Positions 27,301 through 39,170 of a stretch of DNA of 64,000 nucleotides are shown piece by piece. Origin of the DNA: Phoronis australis. Lineage: Eukaryota > Animalia > Phoronida. Both the position numbers and the translations under genes were made by a program. The notes below the pieces were generated by a model. It did no database searches. It was given only the letters and a program-made list of their open reading frames with translations, and was not told where the DNA came from. Numbering within the stretch: the first letter of the stretch is position 1; the number at the start of each line of letters is the position of its first letter. The stretch spans positions 1 to 64,000 of the forward strand of contig NMRA01000730.1 of the NCBI GenBank assembly GCA_002633005.1. The letters run 5' to 3'.

Positions 27301-30300
27301 ATAAAACAATAATAATGGATCTGAAATTTTCAGATATAATAACATCCTTTGTCAACAGAAAAAGAAATAAAGTAAAATCAAACACCATATGACAAATGAT
27401 ATCTGCTGTTGCAATGAACATGATAAATTGTTGCGGAAAAAAGTAAAAGAAATCGTTTAAGAAGTCTTTGTGTTTAATCCAGTGGGTTCAAGTGTATTAA
27501 GCTTATTTATCCAAAACTGATTTCTTTTGAGTCTGTGAGGGGTACTGGGGTATTGGGGTTTTTCTATTATTTGAAAAGAAAGATCTTGTAGATTATGGAT
27601 TTTGGAATTGAAATGATTACCTATTGCACCAGAAATGTTTTTTAAATATTATGTTAAATCTATGATTGGGAAACCGAGTTTGTAGATTATGTTGAGTTTG
27701 TCCTACATATTGAATGGTACACTTACTACATGTTATTAGGAAAATGATATTGTTGGTGGTGCAGTCAGAATGATATTTCATTTCGAAGTGTAACTTTATC
27801 AACGACAATACTTTCTTCCAGTCTTCTCAAACCAATGAAAACTTCGAAATAAAATATTATTCTGACTGCACCACCACCAATATCATTTCCCTAATGATAT
27901 GTAGTAAGTGTTCCATTCAGTATGTAGGACAAAATCAACATAATCTACAAACTCGGTTTCGCAATCATAAATTTATCATAATACGTAAAATTATTTCTGA
28001 TACTATAGGAAATCATTTCATTTTCAAATAACATAATCTTGAAGATTTTTCTGTTCAAATAATCGAAAAAGTCCGATACCCTATTACCCCTCACAGACTC
28101 AAAAGAGAACAATTTTGGATGCATAAGCTTAAAACACTTGAACCCAATGGATTAAACATATAGAATTCTTAAATAATTTCCTTTACTTTTTCTGCAACAA
28201 TCTATCATGTTCATTTCGCCAAATATCAGTTGTCATTTGTCATATCGTGTTTGGTTTTACTTCATTTCTGTTTCTGTTGACAAAATGTTATTATATCCAA
28301 AAAATTTCAGTTGATCCATTATTGTTGTTTTATTTACCTATATATAGTTTGAGGTGAATTTCCAACAAAAGTTATGTTGAAAACGAGGAATAGATTAAAG
28401 TCGATCAATAAACAACTAACAACGAAACCCACTTTAGAAAGCAAAATTAAGAGATGTTTTGTGTTTTCTATCTTCAGATGACTGCGTGACTCCTTCAGAT
28501 TATTTTTTTCACGTTCGTGTTCCCGAAGTAGTAGTTTCCATATGTGATTTACGACACAAAGAACATGGAAGATTTGACTCAGGGGCAGTAGTGATACAAA
28601 TGTCAGAATTTGAAAATAGCTCAGATTTTCTAACCCTATTGAAAAAGTCGTCTAACATTCACTTCAATCCGCCACTGACCGACACCGATGACGTCACAGC
28701 ACACCAAATGTCAAGTCGCGTTCAATCTGGAAGCCTAAGGGAGGAGTTCAAGAAAGTACAGTTAAAAGAAATAGTCAGTAGTCGCGTCCTCCCTCAAATT
28801 CTGTTTGTTGTAAACAAAAAAGATGAAGTACACAAAAAGCTTTATTTTGTGTCAGACGACAGATTTTACAAGTGCTTGAAGTTGAAAGGAACCGACACCA
28901 TTAACGACCTTATCAATATCTTTACCGATGACAAAAGTCGGCCAGAGGATGACGGGACACTTTTCCAAAACAAGTCTTTGTTCGCGATGTTCTCTTCATG
29001 TGCTTTAGATCCAGAGAAAACAATTGAGGCGTGCCAATTCTCTGAATATTCGGTAATTCATTTATTGCCAAAAATATCGCTACAAGCGCGTGGAATAAGA
29101 GTTCGACAAAAACAGAAAATTTATCACATTGTACAGTGCACAAATGCCGATTCAGTTGCAAAATTAAAGGATAAATTTGTTAGAGAAATAAATAAAAGTG
29201 AAGGTAGTTTCTTGACCTGTGACCAAATTTGTTTGACATGCAAAACCAGGGATACCACGTGCGTTTTGAACAGCGATCAATCTGTAGCCTCAGCCTTGGG
29301 CACGATCGGTCGACTTGGATACACCATGAATTCTGCCACAGTGATATTGGAAAACCTGTGGATTCATGTTTTGCAACCAGACAGTTTTTCAGTCCGTGTT
29401 CGAGTCCAATGCAGGAACGATAGCTTAATCGGTAGATTTAGTGCCGCTGGTCTACTTTCGCCCTTTAACGATGCCATGCCAGATGTTGCACAAGTAATTT
29501 GTAACAAAGACACAACTATTAAACAAGTTAAGCTGGACATTTCTGCCCAAACTGAGAGAGACGAAGACTCTTTGCAAATATATTGCAATCAATCTGTTCT
29601 TCACGACGGGTTCTGTATGGGAGATCTTAGAACACCGCTGCCTACTTTGACCTGTGTCGAGCAAAAGCCAACTAGGGTTCAGGTTAACGTAACCTTTGAC
29701 AATTTTACAAACAAAATAGTCAAGGACGTTTTGGATGTCTATGATCACTCCACATGCCAAAGAATGCTTGAAATTCTTGTTTTGAGGTTAAATATGCAGG
29801 ACGACATGAAATTGGACCTATTTCTTGATGGCACGGACACGCCCCTGGATAGAGAAAAATCGCTGAAAACATCAGGGGTATCTGAACATCCATTTGTAAA
29901 AGCAATCTATTATCCAAATCGCATTGCCGTTTTTTTAAAACTCAGGGAACACCCCTTGAGCAGACTAGTAATTGACCGTCCTACGGACTTCACTGTAGGT
30001 CAACTTAAAAGCTACGTTATGCAAAAGTACCCTGTTATTGCAAGTGCTGCTGTGAGCGTTGTCTGGAACGGCCAGTGTTTGATCGAAGGTCAGACCATTG
30101 ATAGTTGTGGCATTAAGCACGAAGACAAAATTTTCGTCACTTCCGGCTCAAAAAAGATTCCTCCTTCCCCGTTTCTGACTGTGTTTTGTGCCCATTACAA
30201 TGACGACTCTGTGGATGTTGAAGAGTGGCTCGCCCTACCACCCAAAGCAGGGGAGACTGCGCGGCCATTCACATGGATTGCAAAACGTGAGTACCTTCAT

Positions 30301-33300
30301 ATCTTGTGCCCGGCTCACCTCTCAGAGACTGGCACTTTGAGAGCCAGATATTGTGGGATGCAGATAAGCGCTGAGAAAGTTTGTTCTGCACCATTCCTTT
30401 CGCAGACTGATCTTGTGTAGTGAAGACTAACAAAATAGACATTCATCTAATGCAACAAAACTAGGATTATTGTATTTTATCCCGTTCCAAAGTTTCCGTC
30501 ATCTTGAAGGAGCTTCTAACCATCTCTCCCAACAAATCGACCGGAGTCTGCGGTATTAGCGGACGACTGGTAAGAGCTGTCGAGTTTGTCACCCTGGATC
30601 CACATCTTTGACTTATCCTTGAAAATAACATATTGGGTCTTTGGACTTGAAGCAGGTCAATTTTAAGGAGGGTAGTAAACCCTTTTGTACCAATTACAGC
30701 TCGATATCCGTTCTTTCTGTCTTCATAAAAAAGTTCAATAGGTCTGTTTGTAACCAGGTTTATTAGTATTTACAAACCTACAAATTGTTGACGCCATAAC
30801 AGCCGAGTTTCAAAACAACTTATTCTTCTGCCACTGTTCCAGTTGATTTTTGTTATCGTTTTCTTCCTGGTTTGGATAGCGGAGGGGTATCTGGAGCCGT
30901 GTTCCTGGACCTGAGGAAGGCCTTCGATACCGTGCACCTCCCCTAGCTCTTTTCCAAACTGGAGACCACGGACATCACTGTAAATGTGTAGGCTGGGTTT
31001 AGTGTGCCCACGTGAACCAAGTGTTATCTGATATTTACCCCTTATTCTTGGTGCCCCACAAGGGCCCATTTTGAAGTCACTAAAACATGAACGGTCTAAT
31101 AAATTTACTCCAATCTAAGATAGCAGTATACGCTGTTTTCTGTGGTTTTAAGAAAATCGATGAGGTCGAGTGTACCCCAAACGAATACAGGGTACATGCG
31201 TTGTATAGCAATTTGTGTACTTCTATAACCAAACCTGTTTCTGTACCAGCTGAAGCCGCGCAAATAGCATAATACTCAATCACATTTGAATAGAAAGGTC
31301 GTCAGTAGAATGTGTAAAATAGGTTATTATTTAGGTGTTATTCTTAATATATATTTGACTTTTGATAAGCATTTGTCAAGCATATCGTCCAAAGTGAAGA
31401 GCAGAACCGTTCTTTTAATAGTAACCAATTAAACATTTTGTACAAATCTTCTGTCTTTCCAATCATTGCATACTATAATGTTGTAATGTTCATCATACAG
31501 TATATGTTTTTGTTTCATCTTTTCAATGTTATCATTTCTGCTGAATTGCCTTTACTTTATTTCTAATTTTAGAATTATCTATTTTTGATTTAGTGTGCAC
31601 TGTCTTTTCGTGTCTTTTGTTTGTTGTCCAGTGTTTATTTTACATTGTTTTATGTGAACCCTTGGGTGAGCAATTAATTTTAATTAAAGGTACAACAACC
31701 GAAAAGACAGTTTTCAAATATGAATAATTAAGGTCGTCATAAACTTAAAGTGTTTCCTTGCAGAATATGTGGGTTGGTTCCCTTCGTGTTACAAAGGTAT
31801 CTGAAAAAACCCAAGCTGATCTAGATAACGAGGTTGCCTCCGTAATCTTGAAGCAACCGGAAATAACACCAAAACAAGTTCACTTCTACGTAAGAACTAA
31901 CTGACAAAATGTCAGCATGTACATGTATAACTTGTGATTACTTTCATACTTCTCAGTGGAAAAGGATAACGAGGATGAAATAATGAACGCATTTGCCTCG
32001 ATCACGGAAAGTAATGTTCCACGCAGCCAATCACGTGACGGGATGGAACAGACGCACCAAAAGAGCTCACCGGCTTTAAGGCGTACGTATTGGCTTAATT
32101 ACGAAGAATGCTGTCTTGCAAACCGCATGCGAACTACATATTATAATCATCCCTTATCAATAGTAAAACTATCAGATATCTGTCTCTGGTAAGGACGCTG
32201 TCATTACTTTTGCGTTCATTAAGTCCTTGGGAGTTGTATTATCAAAAACGTATAAGCAACCGTAAGGTAAGCTCGAAATTTTCAATTAAATTGACTCATG
32301 TGTGGCGCACATTCTAGCGTATGAATAATGAATTCACCGCAACCAAGGCGTATGCAATGCGCGACACTGTTTTTCGTTTTTGCGTATGGTGGAGTGTCCA
32401 GTGCGCAAGCCAAGAGCATTCCGAACGCAAACAGCGTGTAAACCGCATGCCTGATGCTTTTCCGACAAATGTTAAGCACATTCCGTGCAGCATGACCTCG
32501 TCGCACGTCTGTGCTCGTGCCCCAATTCCTTTTAAGTTACGCAATGACATTTCCACAATCGTACGCGCAATGTGCACTTTACGTGTTTCTCAACAGTTTT
32601 TGCTGTACGTACACAGGTATGCGCACTGAATACCCAGTGACGCCTGACAGTTTAGGGCATGCTCAGACGCATGCTGCGTGTGCTATTTTTCGCAAATTGT
32701 ACGCCACAAATACGCAGCGCATCAACGCTCAACTCATGAAACTTAATTGTTACATGCAGAAGCACGAAGACCCTCAAACCACAAAGTTTGATTACGGTTA
32801 TAACAATGACGAACGACGAAGGTGACTGCAAACACATTGAAATAAAAAGTAATTCTTTGATCTTGCAGAAGAAGTTGTCAGACCTACAATTTTAACTGTG
32901 GATAGTCCACACAGAAAATCATCATTTGAGGACGAACCTGTTCATTCAAATGACGACAAAGCGAACGATAAGAGAAATGAGATGAAGAACCAGTCATTAC
33001 GTCAAAAAACGATTGAAAAACCTGACCAATGCGTAGGATTGAACGTCACTGGCCATATGTCTGAAAGTTCAGAAGCAGGTCAACACGTGATCAGACCCAC
33101 GTCTCTTCCCGCGGTAGTTGCCAGCCAAAAGCACAACGTAGCGACAGACGTGCTCAGTGAAACGACCCAGATCGTAGCAACATCTACAACAACAGTATCA
33201 GGTACTCTCGCGGCAGCCAGGTGTTCGCCGCTGACCAGCATCGGTAGAGCGTCGCCAGTCGAAAATGACACCTCGTGGTGCAAAACGGAAGTAACTAAAA

Positions 33301-34492
33301 CTACACAAAAATGTTATGAGCATCGAGATACAGGGAAAGTGTATGTTTCGGAATGTACGAGAAGAGGACGTGTTTACCAGAATCGAGAACACTATCGGTG
33401 CAGGTCTGCTAGTCGCAGTAGTTCCTGCTTGACTTCTGAGGACGACGCTCACATTTCATCGCCCGAGAGACCAAATGGCAAGTCTTATCAGTCTAGTTCC
33501 ACCACTGGTGGATTCACATACGATTACTGTCATTGTTATCGATACTGCCACTACCTACCGCAGTATATATACTACCGCCGCCGCCACCGCTTCTGTCATG
33601 TTGAAAGGGTATCATTAGAGAAATATGTTTTAATGAGGCTCATTGGCTTTAAAATTCATTTTGTACTGATCGAAAATGAAGCCGAATGGTTGTATCCTGT
33701 ACAGTTTGATTTCTGTACAGTTTGATTTGTGGCGTGGTTAGTTGGGTCACGTGACCATGTCTTTTAGTCAAATTTAGCAAAAAAGAAAGACACAGTGATA
33801 GAAAAACAGCAGTATCAGTAACAAGGTCAAATTTTGTTTGATATAAATATTTAAGATGGAAAGTTAGCTAAATTTGGACATTTTTCTAAGGTCCTACATA
33901 ACCTTTAAAACTAACACGGTGGTGTAATTCATATAATTATGCGCGCCCAGGCCCCACTACATCGCTGCCAATCAATGGGCAACACACAAGAGTTACGGCC
34001 ATCACTGCCATACGCTCTTTGTTATAGCTATGCTGCATGACTGGTGTACTAATTGGTTGTATTACTTGCCGCACAAATTAAGATCATTTTGTGACAACGC
34101 AACTAGACCCAAAATTGAAAAAAAAAAAACACGGCGAGTCAGAGCACTGTTTGCAACGTGCTGAGGAAATCTTGTCTCATGCAACTTTTGAAACACTGTG
34201 TTTTTCAGATGTTAACGACGCAACAGTGATAGGTGTGGGTCACGAAATAGGTAAAGAGTGGAAGTCACTTGGACGACAGCTTAAGCTAAGTAATATTGAA
34301 CTGGAAAACGTCGATGATTCTAACCACAAGTTACAAGAGAAGGGCGTTCAATTACTGTACTACTGGCGAAGCAAATATGGTTTGGAGGCAACCAGAGAGA
34401 GGCTGGGACAAGCATTGGTCAATTGCAGTCAACGTCGGCTTGCCGAGGAGTTTAATCTAACTTGCATGAGTGCTACGAGCGAGAACGAGTGA
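24312..34492 (+). CDS. Multi-exon gene: acidic N-terminus, tandem ubiquitin-like domains, low-complexity linker, C-terminal death domain
   Basis: Phase-1-compatible exons 24312-24546, 28478-30286, 31957-32082, 32869-33477 (probable GC donor) and 34209-34492, plus an unresolved exon at 31764-31796 or 31764-31889. Acceptors TTTACAG, TATCTTCAG, TTCTCAG, TCTTGCAG and TTTTTCAG are canonical. Confidence 0.75.
25111..25514. mobile_element. Degenerate non-autonomous DNA transposon (possibly hAT-like)
   Basis: Imperfect termini TAGTGCCCGGCGCTTTGGTGA / TCGCCAAATCGAGCACTG and repeated TCGCCAAAT subterminal motifs; no clear TSD. Confidence 0.4.
26800..27137. mobile_element. MITE family A, diverged partial copy
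   Basis: Ends TTTTGAGTACAGAGATTAGAAACCAGGCC|CTG and contains GAACTCGAAATTTCG, like 44663-45062. Confidence 0.6.
27297..28337. mobile_element. Inverted pair of Penelope-like retroelement 3' fragments (GIY-YIG endonuclease), forming a fold-back
   Basis: Arms 27297-27789 (-) and 27841-28337 (+) with a 51-bp spacer. The right arm translates to DCTTTNIISLMICSKCSIQYVGQNQHNLQTRFRNH...RLKREQFWMHKLKTLEPNGLNI with one stop. TA-rich microsatellite on both flanks. Confidence 0.85.
28478..30286 (+). CDS. 1.8-kb exon encoding ~5 tandem diverged ubiquitin-like (beta-grasp) domains
   Basis: Repeated ubiquitin-like patterns, e.g. DTTIKQVKLDISAQTERDEDSLQIYCNQSVLHD, TPLDREKSLKTSGV and FTVGQLKSYVMQKYPV...SVVWNGQCLIEGQTIDSCGIKHEDKIFV. 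No terminal RGG motifs. Confidence 0.8.
30480..31480 (+). pseudogene. Decayed non-LTR retrotransposon reverse transcriptase (CR1/L2-like)
   Basis: Frameshifted motifs in order: TNYSSISVLS, GAVFLDLRKAFDTV, GAPQGPIL, MNGLINLLQSKIAVYA (YADD region), YLGVILNIYLTFDKHLSSISSKV. Confidence 0.85.
34209..34492 (+). CDS. Death domain exon (terminal)
   Basis: VIGVGHEIGKEWKSLGRQLKLSNIELENVDDSNHKLQEKGVQLLYYWRSKYGLEATRERLGQALVNCSQRRLAEEF matches the death-domain pattern seen in RIPK1/FADD/ankyrin. Confidence 0.92.
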
Positions 34493-34610
34493 AACTTATT
34501 CTCTTACCACCCAGTCTCCTGGGGATGTGGCAAGACGGTGTTAATGGAAAACAGTGCAGCCGAATACTGTAATGAAATACACTGTAACCAGTAACAAGCT
34601 AAGTGAGGAG

Positions 34611-34672
34611 GCAGTGTGGCCTGGTTGATAAGTGCCCGCTTGAGGTCGTGGGTTCGAGCTCCTCAGCTCGGT
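34611..34672 (+). mobile_element. tRNA-derived SINE head fragment
   Basis: A-box-like TGGCCTGGTTGAT and B-box-like GGTTCGAGCTCC; too short for a full cloverleaf. Confidence 0.45.
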
Positions 34673-37600
34673 TTTAACCATACATAATAAAGCAAAAAAT
34701 ATTTACGGGAGATCAGTGCAATGGGCCCACATGTGAGGCCTGCGCACGTCTGGTACAACGTGTATACGCAGACCGTCTGCAATTATATATAACAAGCTAA
34801 GTGCACGAAACAACGAGAAATTATCGGTACTGCCCACAAAGCCACATTTCGCCTTATTAAGCTTACCGAAAACGAAAATCGCATTAGGCCTTTTACTCAA
34901 ACAAAATCAGTCTCAATATATTCCTTGTGTTACCAAATATAGCATCGAAACCCATCAGCGACTCTCAGAATTTATTAGAGTTGGTTAAACCTGAAATTGC
35001 GAATTCGAAAATGGCGAACCTAATTCAATTTTCGGTTTTAGCCAGCTAAACAGCGCGAAGTGAAACTTAAAATGTCATGTGGAATCAAGAAATATGCACA
35101 CTGAAGAAGGGCTCACCGCCCACAACGTTGGTGGCTTTTTAATAAATACCCCGACACTAGTGTCGTTTTGATAAGACATTGTACTTAATTACATTCCTTT
35201 TTAATATATGTTATCAATCTGGACTTTGACATAATCCGTACTATGATGGAATCGTTTTTTAAAATTAACATTCAGTTGTCACTGTAAGAAAGCATACAAG
35301 AACAGCGCACCTGAAGAAAGGAGATTGTTCGGACACTACGAATCAGTATCAAGCTTTCAAACAAAAAGTTTAGTCATGATTTCAATGAAGTCTCAGGTAA
35401 CAGTGAACAATCAGAACTTTTGCCGGGTCCATCCTGCAATTGAATTTCAAAAAACAAGTGATCAATTTTCACTGTACTTATAAGTACGACACATTACTTT
35501 CAAAACAATATTCGGACACCGTGTTCCCTTACACGCAACAACGTTTATCTAAAAAGAGTACCGTTATCAAATGACTCGTAATTTATTTAAAAAAATAATC
35601 ATATTCAGTCCTAACAGAAGTCTGCCCCTCATTATAAGCTGCACGAAAAGTAAAAAACGGAAACAATTTGATAAATGCGTGGTGCGACCTGATTCGTGAA
35701 CATCTCGCTACGAGAGTATTCAAGGAACATGAAAAACTGGCAACTTGAAAACAGCGCAATCTCGTGGCGTTCATCGAAATTAATTCCTGGCTGCCACAAT
35801 GGAGCCTATGATAATACATAGGCGAAAATGTTTAAGATTCACGTTCACGAATAACGTTAGTGAATTGCAAAGGATACTGCCACCATGGCCAACCACAGCA
35901 CCTTAGGCGTGGCCCTGGAAGGTCCCTAACGTAATTAATGAAAAATACTGAAACCGCTTCAGGAAATTATGGAATGAAAAAAGCAGAAAATTTATTTGCA
36001 CCCACCATAAATTACAATAACAATATCTCTTATTGTTAGCAAAATGGCAAACTGACATTCTTACAAGACAATGTTGGACCAACAAAGCAGGTTTTAAACA
36101 TATACAATATTCAAAGTAACCTCTCAAATTGGATGAACTGCAGATCTATGATTTCAACAACAGGTTTTCTGAATCAACAGTGCCGTTTTTGTGCTTTATT
36201 TTGGTCAGACCTCCTGGAGGGGAGGGGGGGGGGGGTTCAACCCCATAACCCCACAGATCTGCCACCTTATACTTCACAACTGCTTCATACTGCTCATAGG
36301 CAGACCACAATGTCCAAACTTAGCAGCAAAGTAAGACAAAATCACTATTTTGTTGGGTAACTAGCATACCGTCTGTCCACCTGCACATGTAAAACCAGCA
36401 TGACGTGGAAAAAACCTCATCTCAATTCCCACTGTGCAGTAACAGGTTAGCATCATGACGCCACAGGAAGTGGCTCAAAAATTCACCGTGCTTATCTGGC
36501 AAAAAGATCGAATAGTATGATGGCCAAAATGCACTGAACTGGTACGCTTAAGACCGGCACAATGCAAAGACTTTGTCTACATGGGGAAATTTTCAGTTGG
36601 CAAACAGCTTTATCATAAACAGACCTCACAGTGAGAATATGTATCCTTCCGAAAGACATCGATGCTCATTCCGAGAAGTACATGAAAAATCCTAAAGCTC
36701 ATCTTCATCTAAAGCAAAACACGATCAATGTGAAGTATGACATCATAATGCAAAATCAAATGATTGTGGAGTTAAAGTTGTTTCAGCTCCACAGGGGGCA
36801 CCATTGTTGCCAAAATAGGAAGGGACTGACATGTATTTTGTTCTCTAACAAAAAGTCAACAAAACATGTCAGTGGTTACCCAAGGAAACCTACCGACACA
36901 AAACAAGAATTCTAGACACAAACGTGGAACCTAACAAGGGTCATTACAATTTGCCGAGTCAAAATTCTAATATCACATCACTCTCTTTACAAACAAAAGA
37001 ACATTTCAATATTTGCAATCCAAGATAAACTGACAGCCAGGTTCAACATTTCTTAACTTCAGAGCCAGCGCAAATGGAGAGCTATTCTATTAGCTCAGCT
37101 GGCTGCCTCAAGTGAAATTAACCTCATGACATTGATACATGCACAGTGAGGCAAAATAGTCACTGATCCTTTAACCACAATCATAGTTAACAGCATAAGT
37201 GCAGTACAAACAGTTACCACTGGCCAGCGAAACTTGTTTTGTTGAATTTAATAGATGATGCAATAATTAATTTTCATTGGCTATGAAAAGTAATTGGGAG
37301 AATGAAACAAGTATGTTTCGAAATATCACGTGTCTTTTAATTATGTCGATATGTCAGTTACTGTATCTATGTTCAGTTGAGAGTAGAGTTTTGTTCCGAA
37401 AGTATGAACGCAACGGAATAAAGACTGTGAACAATGAAAAGTGTCGTGCATTTAACAAATTCTGTATAACCGTAAACTTGCTTCCGAAGTACAGTCAGTT
37501 CAACACATTGCAAGGCATTTTGCCACAGAGGCGAGCTGTGAGCATGCGAAGTGCCTAACTCTCTGTATTCGTGGCTGTTATCTAAGCAACAGGCTGAATG

Positions 37601-39170
37601 AACTACTTGTGACTACTTCACTTGTAGTGAGTCGTATTTTTACGTGTCAACATGAGCTGTCTGCCAGATGAGCTTGCAACTCTAGGTTTGCGCTGGCTCT
37701 AAATGTACATATTAACAATAAACCTGAGATGACAAAATGATTAAAGAAACAAGAGCTGTACCAACATGCTTTTATAACTATGTTACTAGTTACTCTGTCT
37801 AGATGACTCTTACTATCTATAATACACACACAAATGATGGCAATGTTTTGAGTGTGCTTAAGAAACTATAGTACAATGCCTCACTTATCAAACAAAATCA
37901 AAAAGACGCCCATTGGCATCAAGATCGTATTCTCAATAATGAGCACTGCTAAACTTGGAAAAATCAAAAACTATCACACAGGGCTATCTCTCGCTTCGAG
38001 GGAGTGCGTCTGTGTCTTCTGAGTGAAGGACTTTGGAACCACTTCTCTACGACAAGGTAAATCTTTCAATATTTAAAACCCCCACAACCATTTTTGGCAC
38101 TGATATTTAGCTCCAAAGACAAACCATCAAGGGCCCTGTCCCAACACATCAGTAATGGATCACAGGCGCGGTGCATTTACACGTGCCTAACACTTGCATG
38201 ACCTGTTTATGAGCATAAAAAATTTTTCAAAATAAACTGGGCCTATTTTGGAAGACTGCTGTCAGAATTTAACAAACTTAAGACACAATTTACGACAATT
38301 AATTGCAAAAGGGTGATCCTTATGTAGTTAGTCGACCACTAAAAGGAGATCCTATTTAGTGAGTTCTACCATTGAATGGGAGTAGTACTGCATTACACTG
38401 ACAAAGAACATTATCTAAACATAACTAGTTGCTGCCATCCTCTCATAACTAACTGTACAGTGGTTTTCAATTATCACCCAAGATATGTCAAAGTTTCAAA
38501 AAGGAAAAGCAAATGGAGAACAGTTAAACATCTATCCAAATAGATTAATTGATTTTACTCAGGATAAATTTCTTCAAAATCATACAATTAATGCTTTTGT
38601 ATGACAACATTTACAAGAATGGTGTCTATCAGCCTTCTGTGACAAAAGACGAAGCAGCTTGGAAACGACTGTATCAAATTAAACACTGGCGACTCAGATT
38701 TGTCAATGTTTCTTCTTGGCAGGGCTTGTAATGACCAATGACAAAAGACAAAAAAAACGAAAATTTTCCAGGTGACATATTATTCTACAAACAATAAGGA
38801 TTATGTAACAGAAATATTTTTGTCTTGTAAAATTTAACTGTGAGAAATGTTTTTGCATGAATAAAGTTCAAATAATTATAAAAAAGAGACAAAAAGAGCA
38901 AACTTGAAATCAAAAAAAGAGGATATTGAAACCAAAAAAGAAGGAAATTGTCTTAAAGTGGAAAATTCTAAACGCTGGCTTATCCGTGTTTTCTAACCAG
39001 CAATTTAGACTTGACATTTATTCCCCAACTGTTGCTTAAAGATGGTGGACGTTCTTGCCGAAAAATGTCATGATCAAAACACTCTCTCCATCTCTTCATA
39101 TTGAGTGAAAGTAAGCGCGCAGTACACAGTCACAATTATTGCACAGCAGGCTCTGGCAGCTGTCGTAATT

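Noticed and set aside
31087-31272. Possible extra exon of the UBL/DD gene
   Set aside because: It is the YADD-region remnant of the decayed LINE RT.
31764-31796. SH3-like motif GWFPSCY
   Set aside because: The upstream sequence lacks a convincing SH3 core and the exon itself is uncertain.
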